This document shows positions 19,222 to 29,991 of a stretch of 64,000 nucleotides of DNA, one piece after another; position 1 is the stretch's first letter, and each line of letters begins with the position of its first letter. This DNA is from an uncultured Aureibaculum sp. GTDB lineage: Bacteria; Bacteroidota; Bacteroidia; Flavobacteriales; Flavobacteriaceae. Both the position numbers and the translations under genes were made by a program. A model generated the notes under the pieces. It was not told the origin of the DNA. It ran no database searches and saw nothing but the letters and a program-made list of their open reading frames with translations. The stretch lies in the NCBI GenBank assembly GCA_963976855.1, contig CAXBMA010000008.1, positions 1,911 to 65,910 on the forward strand, written 5' to 3'.

Positions 19222-20359
19222 AGCAAACAGATTAAACCAGGTAAAAGAGTATTATTTCTCTAGTAAATTACGAGAAGTGAACCAGCTGAGGGCTGAAGGT
19301 AAACCTATCATAAATATTGGTATTGGTAGCCCTGATTTGCAACCGCCTATTCAGGTAATAGAAGCAATTCAGCAAACATTGACCTTGCCAACCATTCATG
19401 GCTATCAAAGCTATCAAGGATTACCTGAATTTAGAGCGGCTGTTGCTGCATTTTACCAGAGAAATTATAATGTTATTGTAAACCCTACTGATGAAATATT
19501 ACCATTGATGGGCTCAAAAGAAGGCATTATGCATATTTCAATGGCCTTTTTAAATAAGGGTGATCAAGTGCTGATTCCCAATCCGGGATATCCCACGTAT
19601 ACTTCGGTTACTAATTTACTAGAAGCAACTCCTGTTTATTATAATTTAACGGAAGCTACCAACTGGTTTCCAAACTTTGAAGAACTTGAAAAGCACGATT
19701 TGTCTAAAGTGAAAATAATGTGGATTAACTATCCTCATATGCCTACTGGTACAAAAGCAACAACAAAGTTGTTTGAACAATTAGTTGCCTTTGCTAAAAA
19801 ACATAAGATCCTGTTGGTGAATGACAATCCGTATAGTTTTATACTGAATGACAATCCGCAAAGTATTTTGGAAATTGATGGAGCTAAAGAAGTTGCTTTG
19901 GAGCTGAACTCGTTAAGTAAATCTTTCAACATGGCCGGTTGGCGTGTTGGGATGATTTTAGGTGCTGCCGAACATATTAAAACGGTGCTTCAGGTAAAGA
20001 GTAATATGGATTCAGGGATGTTTTACGGAATTCAACAAGGAGCTATTGCAGCTCTAAATGTTGCTAATAGTTGGTTTAAAGAAATGAATGCCATTTATGA
20101 AAAACGCCGAATGATCGCTTGGCAAATTTTTGATGAATTAAACTGTACCTATACTAAAGATAGCGCAGGACTTTTTGTGTGGGCACGCATCCCTCAAGGG
20201 AAAAAAGCAACACAATTGACAGATGAACTATTGTACCAACACGATGTGTTTTTAACACCAGGTACGGTTTTTGGAACAAATGGAGAAGGTTATATCAGAA
20301 TGTCGCTCTGCATTTCTGAAGTTAAATTAAAAGAGGTATTGACAAGAATTCAAAACTAA
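19211..20359 (+). CDS. PLP-dependent aminotransferase class I/II (probable aromatic/prephenate aminotransferase)
   Basis: GIGSPD, GSKEG, NYPHMPTG, NDNPY, NSLSKSFNMAGWRVG; operon context. Confidence 0.88.
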   Translation: MISKANRLNQVKEYYFSSKLREVNQLRAEGKPIINIGIGSPDLQPPIQVIEAIQQTLTLPTIHGYQSYQGLPEFRAAVAAFYQRNYNVIVNPTDEILPLMGSKEGIMHISMAFLNKGDQVLIPNPGYPTYTSVTNLLEATPVYYNLTEATNWFPNFEELEKHDLSKVKIMWINYPHMPTGTKATTKLFEQLVAFAKKHKILLVNDNPYSFILNDNPQSILEIDGAKEVALELNSLSKSFNMAGWRVGMILGAAEHIKTVLQVKSNMDSGMFYGIQQGAIAALNVANSWFKEMNAIYEKRRMIAWQIFDELNCTYTKDSAGLFVWARIPQGKKATQLTDELLYQHDVFLTPGTVFGTNGEGYIRMSLCISEVKLKEVLTRIQN

Positions 20360-20365
20360 ACAAAG

Positions 20366-21220
20366 ATGAATAAAATTGCAGTTATCGGTTTGGGGTTAAT
20401 AGGAGGATCATTAGCATTAGAGCTAAAGAAACTTTCATGGGCCACAATTTATGGTATTGATAACAATCCTAAACATTTACAACAGGCACTTGATTTAGGT
20501 ATCATTTTTAAAAAAGCTAGCTTGGCAATAGTAAAAGAGGTCGATGTAGTCATTATTGCCGTTCCGGTAAATAAAATACCAAAAATTGCCGTTGAGGTAC
20601 TGGATCTTATTCAAGACACTACTTTAGTTTTTGATGTAGGGTCAACGAAAGAAGCTGTTTGTAAGGCTGTTAAGGGTCATCCGAAGCGAGAAAATTTTGT
20701 TGCTGTACATCCTATTTCAGGAACCGAATTTTCCGGACCGCAAGCTGCCATTTACAACCTATTTACCGATAAGGTCAATATTATTTGCGAACAACATTTA
20801 AGTAGTAAAAAAATGGTAGACAGAACAGTTGCCTTATTTGACAAAATGCAAATGCGAACCGTTTTTATGGATTCGGCAGAACAGCACGATAAACATATTG
20901 CTTATGTATCTCATTTGTCACATATCAGTTCATTTATGTTAGGTAAAACAGTTTTAGAAATTGAAAAGGATGAGAAAAGTATTTTTAATATGGCGGGTAG
21001 TGGATTTGAATCAACAGTGCGACTAGCTAAAAGTAATCCGGCAACTTGGACTCCTATTTTTTTACAAAACAAAGAGAATATATTAAAATCATTAAACGAG
21101 TATATAAAGAATTTAGAATCATTTAAAGAACTAATTGAAGTTGAAGCATCTGATGAAGTGTTTGCTGTGATGCAAAGCACCAATCGCATTAAAAGTGTCT
21201 TGGCGGGAATTAAAAAGTAA
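20366..21220 (+). CDS. tyrA: Prephenate dehydrogenase
   Basis: GLGLIGGSLA Rossmann motif, DVGSTK, HPISGTE, HDKHIAYVSHLSH, GFESTVRLAKS. Confidence 0.93.
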   Translation: MNKIAVIGLGLIGGSLALELKKLSWATIYGIDNNPKHLQQALDLGIIFKKASLAIVKEVDVVIIAVPVNKIPKIAVEVLDLIQDTTLVFDVGSTKEAVCKAVKGHPKRENFVAVHPISGTEFSGPQAAIYNLFTDKVNIICEQHLSSKKMVDRTVALFDKMQMRTVFMDSAEQHDKHIAYVSHLSHISSFMLGKTVLEIEKDEKSIFNMAGSGFESTVRLAKSNPATWTPIFLQNKENILKSLNEYIKNLESFKELIEVEASDEVFAVMQSTNRIKSVLAGIKK

Positions 21221-21229
21221 AAACAAATT

Positions 21230-22309
21230 ATGGAATCAACAAATTTTTCAACATGGTTGCAAAACATGGAATTAGCACACCCATTAGTGATCGCAGGACC
21301 ATGTAGCGCAGAAACAGAAGAACAAGTATTGGCAATTGCACATGAACTTAAAAAAACAGATGCAACCGTCTACAGAGCAGGTATCTGGAAACCTAGAACA
21401 CGTCCTGGAAATTTTGAAGGAAATGGAGCGAAAGCATTGCCATGGATAGCAAAAGTAAAGGAAGAAACAGGAATGTTAACAACCGTAGAGGTTGCCAATG
21501 CCCAACATGCTAAACTCGCCTTGGAGTTTGATATTGATATTATTTGGATTGGAGCGCGTACAACGGTAAATCCATTTGCAGTGCAAGAAATAGCAGATGC
21601 TTTACAGGGAACGGACAAAATAGTTTTGGTGAAAAATCCAATCAACCCAGATTTAGACTTGTGGATTGGTGCTATTGAACGTTTTCATACGGCAGGAATT
21701 AAAAACTTAGGAGCGATTCACAGAGGCTTTTCTTCATTTAAGAAAACAAAATACAGAAACAATCCACAATGGCAAATACCAATTGATCTAAAAAGTAGAT
21801 TTCCAACATTGCCAATTATCTGTGATCCTTCACATATTTGTGGTGAACGCGATGGAATTTTTGATGTTTCACAAACCGCACTAGATTTGAAATTTGAAGG
21901 CCTAATGATTGAAACTCATTGTGATCCTGACAATGCATGGAGTGATGCCAAACAGCAAATCACACCAGCTAGATTGAATGAGATAACTGAGGAGTTGAAA
22001 GTCCGTAAAGGTCGTGTTGTAGAAGAAGGGTCACTTAAAAAATTAACTGAATTACGAAGTGAAATAAATATTTTAGATAACCAATTGATTGAAATGTTGG
22101 CAGATAGAATGCAGGTTGCTGAGAATATTGGGAAGGTAAAAAAGGAGTCGAATGTTGCAATTTTACAACGAAGTAGATGGCAAGAAGTGATTCAGAAAAT
22201 GGTAATTGATGGTGAAAAACAAGGATTGAGCGCTGAATTTGTAGAGAAAATATTTAAAGCAATTCATCAAGAATCAATTGAGCATCAAAAGAAAATAGTA
22301 AATAGTTAG
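21230..22309 (+). CDS. Bifunctional DAHP synthase (type I-beta) / chorismate mutase
   Basis: IAGPCSAE, WKPRTRPG, IGART, VKNP, IHRG, CDPSH, IETH; C-terminal CM domain LRSEINILD..RM..IHQESI. Confidence 0.93.
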   Translation: MESTNFSTWLQNMELAHPLVIAGPCSAETEEQVLAIAHELKKTDATVYRAGIWKPRTRPGNFEGNGAKALPWIAKVKEETGMLTTVEVANAQHAKLALEFDIDIIWIGARTTVNPFAVQEIADALQGTDKIVLVKNPINPDLDLWIGAIERFHTAGIKNLGAIHRGFSSFKKTKYRNNPQWQIPIDLKSRFPTLPIICDPSHICGERDGIFDVSQTALDLKFEGLMIETHCDPDNAWSDAKQQITPARLNEITEELKVRKGRVVEEGSLKKLTELRSEINILDNQLIEMLADRMQVAENIGKVKKESNVAILQRSRWQEVIQKMVIDGEKQGLSAEFVEKIFKAIHQESIEHQKKIVNS

Positions 22310-22351
22310 TACTCGTTTTGTTTGTGTAATTTTACACATCGATTATTTTAA

Positions 22352-23386
22352 ATGAGTTTTAAGTCAAGTCATATCTTAGTAATTCGTCTCTCAGCAATGG
22401 GAGACGTTGCTATGTGTGTTCCGGTTTTAAGAGCTTTTGTAAAGCAAAACCCAACAATAAAAATTACGGTGTTATCTAGGACATTTTTTAAACCAATGTT
22501 TGACGACATTGAAAATGTCAGCTTTTTTGCAGCGGAGGTATCGGGTAAACATAAGGGTGTTTTGGGGTTGTTTAAATTGTATTCTGAATTAAAGCCATTG
22601 AAAATTACCGCAATAGCGGATATGCACAATGTATTGCGCTCAAAAATTTTACGTTTTTATTTTTCATCTACGCGTGTACAACATGCCGTAATTGATAAGG
22701 GGAGGCTTGAAAAAAAGGCACTTACTAGAATAAAAAACAAAAAGCTTCAGCAATTAAAAAGTTCACACGAACGGTATGCCGACGTATTTAGAGCATTAGG
22801 ATTTGAACTCGATTTGTCAAACCCTATGTTTCCAATAAAAAAGACACTTAGTGAAGAAACACTTCGACTAACAGGAGCCGATCATTTAAAGTGGATTGGG
22901 ATTGCACCCTTTGCACAATACCAATCTAAAATGTACCCCTTAGATTTAATAGAAAAAGTGATTTCTAAATTAGCAGTAACCAATCAATATAAAATTTTCC
23001 TTTTTGGAGGAGGGAAAAAAGAGATACAACTATTGGATGATTTAAGTACCCATAAGAATGTTGTTAATATTGCAGGTAAATTAAAGCTGAAAGAAGAACT
23101 CAATCTAATGGCCCATTTAGACTGTATGCTTAGTATGGATTCAGCAAATTCGCATTTAGCGGCTATGCAAGGTGTAAAAATTATTACGCTTTGGGGTGTT
23201 ACGCATCCTTATGCGGGATTTGCACCGTTTAACCAGGCAGTGAATCAGATGCTTTTGCCCGATTTAGAGAAGTATCCAAAGTTACCCTGCTCAATTTATG
23301 GTAATAAGGTACTCAAAGGGTATGAGGAGGTAATGCGAAGCATACCACCCGAGCGTGTAGTTGAAAAAATTGTAGAAATAACTTAA
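22352..23386 (+). CDS. Glycosyltransferase family 9 (heptosyltransferase-like)
   Basis: LVIRLSAMGDV, DMHNVLRS, SMDSANSHLA, LWGVTHP. Confidence 0.88.
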   Translation: MSFKSSHILVIRLSAMGDVAMCVPVLRAFVKQNPTIKITVLSRTFFKPMFDDIENVSFFAAEVSGKHKGVLGLFKLYSELKPLKITAIADMHNVLRSKILRFYFSSTRVQHAVIDKGRLEKKALTRIKNKKLQQLKSSHERYADVFRALGFELDLSNPMFPIKKTLSEETLRLTGADHLKWIGIAPFAQYQSKMYPLDLIEKVISKLAVTNQYKIFLFGGGKKEIQLLDDLSTHKNVVNIAGKLKLKEELNLMAHLDCMLSMDSANSHLAAMQGVKIITLWGVTHPYAGFAPFNQAVNQMLLPDLEKYPKLPCSIYGNKVLKGYEEVMRSIPPERVVEKIVEIT

Positions 23387-23423
23387 TTAAAAAACCCAAC
23401 GAGAATCGTTGGGTTTTTTAATT
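23385..23423. terminator. Bidirectional intrinsic terminator
   Basis: AATTAAAAAACCCAACGA-gaa-TCGTTGGGTTTTTTAATT perfect 18-bp inverted repeat between convergent genes. Confidence 0.9.
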
Positions 23424-23438
23424 TTATCTATGACTAGT

Positions 23439-23906
23439 TTATGATTCTATTGCTGGTATCCGCAATACTTGTCCTGGATAAATTTTATCAGGATGGCTAA
23501 GCATTGGTTTGTTAGCCTCAAAAATCACTGGATATTTCATGGCGTTGCCATAGTATACCTTTGCAATTTTACTTAAAGAATCTCCACTTACAACAGTATG
23601 AAATTGAGCTTCAGGTTCTTGAATAGCCGTTGTCATACGGTCATCAACACTTGCAATACCTTCTGTGTTTCCTACTACCAGTACTACTTTTTCTCTTGTT
23701 GCTTGATTTTCAGCCTCTCCGTAAATAGTAGCGGTGTCTTCAGTAACTTGAACCTCTAGATTTTCTACGTTAAAGCCCATAGCCTCTACTGCATTGACTA
23801 ATTTACTGGCCTTTGCTACAGCCTCATCAGCTGCCTCTTCTGCAGTTGTTTTACCAATACCAAAAACTTTAGCCCCGGCATTTTTGATGAATGAAAATAA
23901 TCCCAT
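23439..23906 (-). CDS. lysM: BON + LysM domain protein (YgaU/Kbp-like)
   Basis: MGLFSFIKNAG N-terminus, VGNTEGIASVDD, HTVVSGDSLSKIAK..IYPGQVLRIP. Confidence 0.9.
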   Translation of the reverse strand: MGLFSFIKNAGAKVFGIGKTTAEEAADEAVAKASKLVNAVEAMGFNVENLEVQVTEDTATIYGEAENQATREKVVLVVGNTEGIASVDDRMTTAIQEPEAQFHTVVSGDSLSKIAKVYYGNAMKYPVIFEANKPMLSHPDKIYPGQVLRIPAIES

Positions 23907-24042
23907 AATTGAATATTGTTTATTGATTAATAAATAATTTTGTTGCTGTGAAGTTACAATAAATTAACAAAAAAATTAATTTCTTATAGAACTACGTCAA
24001 ATTTTAATATCATTGTTTAATTTTAAAAAAAAATAACATCCC

Positions 24043-24696
24043 GTGATTATTCATAATTTAGAAACTCAAAATTCAATTCTCAATCAATTTGTTGCCGAAA
24101 TTAGAAGCGAAACCATTCAAAAAGATTCCATGCGTTTTAGAAGGAATATCGAAAGAATCGGTGAAATTTTAGGATACGAATTGAGTAAAACATTGCACTA
24201 TATCGATGAAGTTATCCAAACGCCTTTAGGAGTTAAAAATACGCAGTTGCCCATAAATGACATTGTATTATGTTCTGTTTTACGAGCGGGCTTACCCTTG
24301 CACCAAGGACTGCTGAATTATTTTGACGCGGCAGAGAGTGCTTTTATTTCCGCCTATAGAGCGCATCAGAATGACGATAATGACTTTACTATTATCTCAA
24401 AATATTTAGCTTGCCCTTCCATAGAAAACAAAACAGTACTCTTGGCAGACCCTATGTTGGCAACGGGGAAAACACTTGAAAACACGTTTGAAGTCATAAG
24501 AAAAAATGGCACTCCAAAAGATCTTCATATTGTATCCGTAATTGGTTCAAAGGAAGGGGTTGCATATATTGAAAAGATATTTCCCGAAAACACCCATTTG
24601 TGGATTGCGACCATTGACTCAGAATTAAACGATAAAGCGTATATAGTGCCAGGCCTTGGAGATGCTGGTGATTTATCTTTTGGGATGAAATTATAG
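24043..24696 (+). CDS. upp: Uracil phosphoribosyltransferase
   Basis: FRRNIERIG, SVLRAGL, ADPMLATG, YIVPGLGDAGD; GTG start. Confidence 0.95.
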   Translation: MIIHNLETQNSILNQFVAEIRSETIQKDSMRFRRNIERIGEILGYELSKTLHYIDEVIQTPLGVKNTQLPINDIVLCSVLRAGLPLHQGLLNYFDAAESAFISAYRAHQNDDNDFTIISKYLACPSIENKTVLLADPMLATGKTLENTFEVIRKNGTPKDLHIVSVIGSKEGVAYIEKIFPENTHLWIATIDSELNDKAYIVPGLGDAGDLSFGMKL

Positions 24697-25614
24697 AAAA
24701 AACACGATAGTTACAACGGCAAGTAACGCATATAAAAACAGTTCTTTAAACCAGTTTTCCTCGACTATTTGTAAGTAATTGGTGAAAATTATAGCCATTG
24801 GAAAAAACAGAAATAAAAATTCAGATCCGTTTTTTGTCGGCCACGGAAGGACAACAAAAGTTAAAAGAAAAAAGTGAAAGACTAATAAAAGCCACGAATT
24901 TTTAAACTCATTATTGATGGCGTTAATTTTTAATGTGGTTGGAAATATTGACCATATAATTAAGGCGGTAACAATGGTAAGTGGAATTAAAAGTTTTAGT
25001 GAATTGTAGGCTTCAAAAGAAAGACTGTACTCAAAATTGAAAACGGCGAATAAGGAGTCAAAACTATTAATGGCAATCAAATAAGCACTATAAATAAAAA
25101 TGGGCACGATAAACCCAACCATTGGAATCAAGATGTTACGTACCGTAAATTTGTCGAATAAGTAGATTGCAGCGAAAGTTAAAAACAAAGTAAGGGAACT
25201 CCATGGATATATTAAAGTAGCGATCCCTATCCATAAGGAACTGTCAAATAATTTTTCCTTGGTGTCTTTTGTTGTGCGAAGGCTATATATTCTTCGGTAA
25301 GCAAATAACAATATTAAATTAACGATTGCTAAATTGAAATTTAAAATTGAAAATGGAAACATCCCCAGTAAACAAACAAATAGTAAAATGCTATATGAAT
25401 TACTTTTGGTGAGATTGTTTTTTCTAACAATAAAATTTACTGAGAAAAGAATGATGAGCAATAAAATAAAGTACAGTACACGTTTTGATATAAAATAGAA
25501 GGTTGCTGGTTGATTTGTGTTTAACAGTAATGAAATAGTGTAAATAAAAAAAAGCAATACTATTATTAATAATGTATTTATTGGTTTTGTTTTATTAAAA
25601 AAATTGGCAATCAT
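24691..25614 (-). CDS. Polytopic membrane protein of unknown function (DUF6427-like)
   Basis: Multiple hydrophobic helices; conserved flavobacterial position next to upp; family name from memory of synteny. Confidence 0.6.
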   Translation of the reverse strand: MIANFFNKTKPINTLLIIVLLFFIYTISLLLNTNQPATFYFISKRVLYFILLLIILFSVNFIVRKNNLTKSNSYSILLFVCLLGMFPFSILNFNLAIVNLILLFAYRRIYSLRTTKDTKEKLFDSSLWIGIATLIYPWSSLTLFLTFAAIYLFDKFTVRNILIPMVGFIVPIFIYSAYLIAINSFDSLFAVFNFEYSLSFEAYNSLKLLIPLTIVTALIIWSIFPTTLKINAINNEFKNSWLLLVFHFFLLTFVVLPWPTKNGSEFLFLFFPMAIIFTNYLQIVEENWFKELFLYALLAVVTIVFFL

Positions 25615-25655
25615 TACTATATTTTATACTTTTGTGGGGTAAATATAAATAAGAT

Positions 25656-25859
25656 ATGATTGCAAACAATATTTTTAGAGCGATAGGTGATTTTTGTACA
25701 AACGTTATATTTAAATTTTTGTATGATCCTTTTAGATTTATGGATGGCTGGTGGTCATCTAATATTGTCAATGTAATTATTTTTATTCTTGCTACAATTG
25801 CATTGTTTTATTGGCTTGGCGAAATGGTTAAGCACAATAAAAACTCAAAAACTATATAA
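25656..25859 (+). CDS. Small membrane protein (DUF6341-like)
   Basis: 67 aa with one TM helix and WWSSN motif; occupies the gap before trmB. Confidence 0.6.
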   Translation: MIANNIFRAIGDFCTNVIFKFLYDPFRFMDGWWSSNIVNVIIFILATIALFYWLGEMVKHNKNSKTI

Positions 25860-25877
25860 TTCTTCAAATTTTACATT

Positions 25878-26549
25878 TTGGGCAGCAAAAATAAATTGAA
25901 ACGTTTTCGTGAAAATGAAATTTTTGCCAACGTATTACAACCTACGAGAGAGGAAGTGCAAGATGGTTTTACCTTTAAAGGAAAATGGTCAACATTTTTT
26001 AAAAATGAGAACCCTATAGTATTAGAATTGGGTTGTGGTAAAGGTGAATATACGGTCGCATTGGCGAAACAGAATCCCAATTTTAACTATATTGGAGTTG
26101 ATATTAAAGGGGCGCGATTTTGGAGAGGTGCTAAAACAGCCATCGAAGAAAATTTAACAAATGTTGCTTTTTTAAGAACGCAAATAGAATTGATTGATTA
26201 TTGTTTTTCTGAAGACGAAATCAGTCAAATATGGATTACGTTTCCAGACCCTCAAATAAAATTTAAGAGGATGAAACACCGATTAACAAACCCTGAATTT
26301 TTAATGAAATACCAGCGCTTGTTAAAGAATAATGGCGTTGTTCATCTAAAAACCGATAGTGAGTTTTTACATGGATATACGTTGGGTCTTTTGCAAGAGG
26401 GAAGTCATGATATTTTATATGCACATCATGATATTTATAAAAATTTGCACGCTCCAGAAGAAGCCATTTTAACGCAAACTTTTTACGAAAAACAATTTCT
26501 AGACCAAGATAAAGCAATAACTTACATTAAATTTAGGACTACTTACTAA
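25878..26549 (+). CDS. trmB: tRNA (guanine46-N7)-methyltransferase
   Basis: LELGCGKGEY, GVDIKG, ITFPDPQ, HLKTD, TFYE. Confidence 0.95.
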   Translation: MGSKNKLKRFRENEIFANVLQPTREEVQDGFTFKGKWSTFFKNENPIVLELGCGKGEYTVALAKQNPNFNYIGVDIKGARFWRGAKTAIEENLTNVAFLRTQIELIDYCFSEDEISQIWITFPDPQIKFKRMKHRLTNPEFLMKYQRLLKNNGVVHLKTDSEFLHGYTLGLLQEGSHDILYAHHDIYKNLHAPEEAILTQTFYEKQFLDQDKAITYIKFRTTY

Positions 26550-26659
26550 GTTATGAGCTTCGCTATTAATTTAGCACGTAGTATTGTTGACTAAAATTTA
26601 AATTCCATACTTGGGTTATTAACAGTGATGAGGGTGTTAATAATCTTTATAAAATTGAT

Positions 26660-26995
26660 ATGACAAAAAAGGCAGATAATTTTTTTGAAAAAGTATACGA
26701 AGTGGCGAGGCAGATTCCCTATGGAAAGGTAACTTCCTATGGAGCAATTGCTACCTATTTAGGGGCGGCAAGATCTGCAAGAATGGTAGGTTGGGCGATG
26801 AACTCATCAGGGAAAGATGATACGATACCGGCTCATAGAGTTGTCAACAAACAAGGACTCTTAACAGGAAAACACCATTTTCAAGGAACGAATTTAATGC
26901 AGCAGTTATTAGAAAATGAAGGGGTTAAGATTGTAGACAATAAAATAATGGATTTTGATGAAATATTTTGGACTCCAACTCTGTCAAAGAATTAA
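26660..26995 (+). CDS. MGMT family alkyltransferase-like DNA-binding protein (ATL)
   Basis: QIPYGKVTSYG, ARMVG, PAHRVV (Ala in place of the catalytic Cys of PCHR). Confidence 0.88.
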   Translation: MTKKADNFFEKVYEVARQIPYGKVTSYGAIATYLGAARSARMVGWAMNSSGKDDTIPAHRVVNKQGLLTGKHHFQGTNLMQQLLENEGVKIVDNKIMDFDEIFWTPTLSKN

Positions 26996-27102
26996 TATTT
27001 CAAAGAACACAATATTTTTATATATTTAAAGTTTTAATTTACGCCTGTTTGAACGGGCTTTGTGTTTTTTTTCATAAATTGCGCAACAAAAAAAGGGTTT
27101 AC

Positions 27103-27888
27103 ATGAAATTATATTACAAAGTAATAGTATTAATATTTCTTTTAGCTGCCACAAAGGGATACACACAGTTAGAGGTAAGTCACGAGTTTGGTATTTTTAC
27201 AGGTCCGATATCGATGCAAACTGACTATGGAGAAAGACATCATTTACCAAGTAGTATGGAAACTAGCTTTGGTGTTGCTGCTGTACACTATTTAAGTTTT
27301 TACGGTAACAATTATAATTGGAGAAATGGCGCAAGTTATTTTTCAGATCACTTTAAGCTACGTACAGAGATATCCTATTACTTTAATAATAAGTTAGAGA
27401 ATGAAGGGCGCTATACGGATCCAGGAAGTACCAATGCAGAAGCAGCTGCCTTGAGAGCAATGCAAGGTGCAACCAAAATTTTTAATATTGGTACCCAACT
27501 TGAATTTTACTTTAAAAATTTAGAAGATTACGGTTTGTTATTTAATACTGCAGATAAATTTGCGCCGTATGTTAGCTTAGGGCTTCAATACAATAGTTTT
27601 GATGCTGAATTGACCAATAATGGTAATAACCTAGATATAAGCTCATTACCTCAAAAATATCAAAATGATGCTGTTTTTTTAGAGCCAGAATCTACCTTTT
27701 CATTAGTTATGGGCTTAGGAACCCGCTATAAAATGGATACTTTTGATTTGGTTTTAGATGGGAGATGGCAGTACTTTTTCTCAGATAAAGTAGATGGTCT
27801 AGATACTTCAGGAAATGTAGGTAGTAAGTTTAATGATACCTTGTTGTTTCTTAGTGTAGGTATCGTATTTAATTTAGAAGGAAATTAA
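27103..27888 (+). CDS. Outer membrane beta-barrel protein (PorT-like / THC0290_0291-like family)
   Basis: Signal peptide from ATG 27103, alternating amphipathic strands, SHEFGIFTGP..QTDYGER, DKVDGL; family assignment from memory. Confidence 0.6.
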   Translation: MKLYYKVIVLIFLLAATKGYTQLEVSHEFGIFTGPISMQTDYGERHHLPSSMETSFGVAAVHYLSFYGNNYNWRNGASYFSDHFKLRTEISYYFNNKLENEGRYTDPGSTNAEAAALRAMQGATKIFNIGTQLEFYFKNLEDYGLLFNTADKFAPYVSLGLQYNSFDAELTNNGNNLDISSLPQKYQNDAVFLEPESTFSLVMGLGTRYKMDTFDLVLDGRWQYFFSDKVDGLDTSGNVGSKFNDTLLFLSVGIVFNLEGN

Positions 27889-27936
27889 TATTTTTATTCT
27901 TTATTTAGACTTTCGTTAAAATCAAATTCATTTGTA

Positions 27937-29049
27937 TTGCAACGTATTGTAGTTTCTGTTACCAACGATTTAGTTACGGATCAGCGTGTTCACAAAATTT
28001 GTTCAACTTTGGTTGCTATGAATTTTAAGGTATTGCTTATCGGACGAAGGTTACGATCAAGTCTACCACTAAAACGTGACTATGCTACTAATAGAATGAA
28101 ACTTTTGTTCAATAAAGGATTTTTATTCTATGCAGAATACAATACACGCTTATTTTTTAAGCTACTTTTTTTAAAAAAGGATATTCTCCTTTCAAACGAC
28201 TTAGATACGCTATTGCCAAATTTCTTAATAGGAAAATTAATGCGGAAGCAACTCGTATATGATAGTCATGAACTATTTACAGAAATTCCTGAATTAATTC
28301 ACCGACCCAAAACTCAAAAGATATGGTTAGCGATTGAAAAACAGATCTTCCCAAAATTAAAAAACGTGTATACCGTAAATGCGAGTATTGCTACTATCTA
28401 CAAAAAAAAATACGGTGTAGCTGTTCATGTAGTTAGAAATATAGCTCCTAAATTGACAAATGACAACGTTGATCTAGATTTATCAAATAGAATAAAGGGA
28501 ACTGGAAGGATGCTTATTTTACAAGGCGCAGGAATCAATGTAGATAGAGGGGCCGAAGAGGCTGTTGAAATGATGCAATACCTAAAGGATGTTGTACTTT
28601 ATATTATAGGGAATGGTGATGCAATTGAGGGTTTAAAAAAGATGACTAAAGCTTTGAATCTAGAAACTAAAGTTATTTTCATTGACAGATTGCCCTATGA
28701 AGAATTAATGGAATATACTAAAATTGCCGACCTAGGACTTTCCTTAGACAAAGGAACTAATTTGAACTATGAGTATGCTTTGCCAAATAAAATCTTTGAT
28801 TATATCCAGGCGAAAACACCGCTCTTGGTTTCTAATCGGAAACTAGTTTCTGAACTTGTAAAAAAATATGATGTTGGGCTCGTTGTAACTAAATTAGACC
28901 CTCAACACTTGGCAGAACACATCCAGGCAATTTTTTTAAATACGATGCAACTGAAAAAATGGTCAGTAAATTTAGAGAGAGCAGCAAAAGAATTTAATTG
29001 GGAAACAGAAGCGACAAAATTGAAAATGATTTTTAATAACCTTAAATAG
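27937..29049 (+). CDS. Glycosyltransferase family 4
   Basis: DQRVHK, YDSHE, PNKIFDY; TTG start. Confidence 0.85.
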   Translation: MQRIVVSVTNDLVTDQRVHKICSTLVAMNFKVLLIGRRLRSSLPLKRDYATNRMKLLFNKGFLFYAEYNTRLFFKLLFLKKDILLSNDLDTLLPNFLIGKLMRKQLVYDSHELFTEIPELIHRPKTQKIWLAIEKQIFPKLKNVYTVNASIATIYKKKYGVAVHVVRNIAPKLTNDNVDLDLSNRIKGTGRMLILQGAGINVDRGAEEAVEMMQYLKDVVLYIIGNGDAIEGLKKMTKALNLETKVIFIDRLPYEELMEYTKIADLGLSLDKGTNLNYEYALPNKIFDYIQAKTPLLVSNRKLVSELVKKYDVGLVVTKLDPQHLAEHIQAIFLNTMQLKKWSVNLERAAKEFNWETEATKLKMIFNNLK

Positions 29050-29077
29050 TGCTGTTGTTAATGCTGGGTTTCAAAAT

Positions 29078-29917
29078 TTAATTATTCTTGTATTTATGGG
29101 GATTTTCTCTTATTCCTTTTTTAAATATTTTACGCAATCCCATTCGCATACTATTGTCAATTTTTAATATAATATCTTTTAGTCTTTCTTTAGGTCTACC
29201 TCTAAACGAAGTAACATGAAATTTATCTGTTTCAAGCAAAGGAGTTTCTGAAAAATAATAATTAGAAATACAACACCTAATTTTATCATGATTGATTTTA
29301 CTTACGGAATGCCATGAGCTCTGATGCGTTGCCATAACAACCAATCTATTAAATTTACTGGTAATGATAATAGGATCTTTTTCCAAGCCATTAGACCACA
29401 GTTCTAAATTCCCCCCATAGGAACTTTCCCAATTTGGAGTAACGTAGTATAATAAATTGAGCACTCTCCACAACTTTCTATCTTTATCGTGCGAATTGTC
29501 CAAATGTGGATTTAAGAAATGGTGTTTTTGCATTAAAGAAAGTCCTCCTGCATATAGATTTTCGTCTGGTAGAATCGGTTCTAATTCACATATTTCTTGA
29601 ATTAGGCTTACAACTCTTTCGTCTTGAAAAGCGTAAATAGCTTCTTCAAGTATGGCGTTATACTGATCCATTTTATAGGCAATATGCTTATATTCCTTTA
29701 ATGTTTTCTTTAAAACCGTATTTTCTGGTTTTGGAAAATGATTGTATAAAATGTTCGCTAATTTTTCCGGAAGAGCATTGTCTAAATAGAAAAAACCAAT
29801 TTCCATTTTAGATTCAGAAAATTGACTTTTTAACCTGTCTTTTTGTTTTTGTAAATTTTTTACAATGAATGATGCTATTATTGCTCTTGTATACTCCAAT
29901 GAAGGTCGTTTGTCCAT
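29078..29917 (-). CDS. 2-oxoglutarate/Fe(II)-dependent oxygenase
   Basis: PHLDNSH (HxD), GGNLELW, FNRLV, SWHSV, R-x5-NYY. Confidence 0.85.
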   Translation of the reverse strand: MDKRPSLEYTRAIIASFIVKNLQKQKDRLKSQFSESKMEIGFFYLDNALPEKLANILYNHFPKPENTVLKKTLKEYKHIAYKMDQYNAILEEAIYAFQDERVVSLIQEICELEPILPDENLYAGGLSLMQKHHFLNPHLDNSHDKDRKLWRVLNLLYYVTPNWESSYGGNLELWSNGLEKDPIIITSKFNRLVVMATHQSSWHSVSKINHDKIRCCISNYYFSETPLLETDKFHVTSFRGRPKERLKDIILKIDNSMRMGLRKIFKKGIRENPHKYKNN

Positions 29918-29991
29918 AAAAACTAAAAATATAAATAATTTATTTAAAATACTATCTTCGCGTAAACTCGATTTTAAAAGAATGAATAGTT

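Noticed and set aside
26968-27102. N-terminal extension of the 306-aa barrel ORF
   Set aside because: Overlaps the MGMT gene end and the intergenic region; the signal peptide begins at ATG 27103
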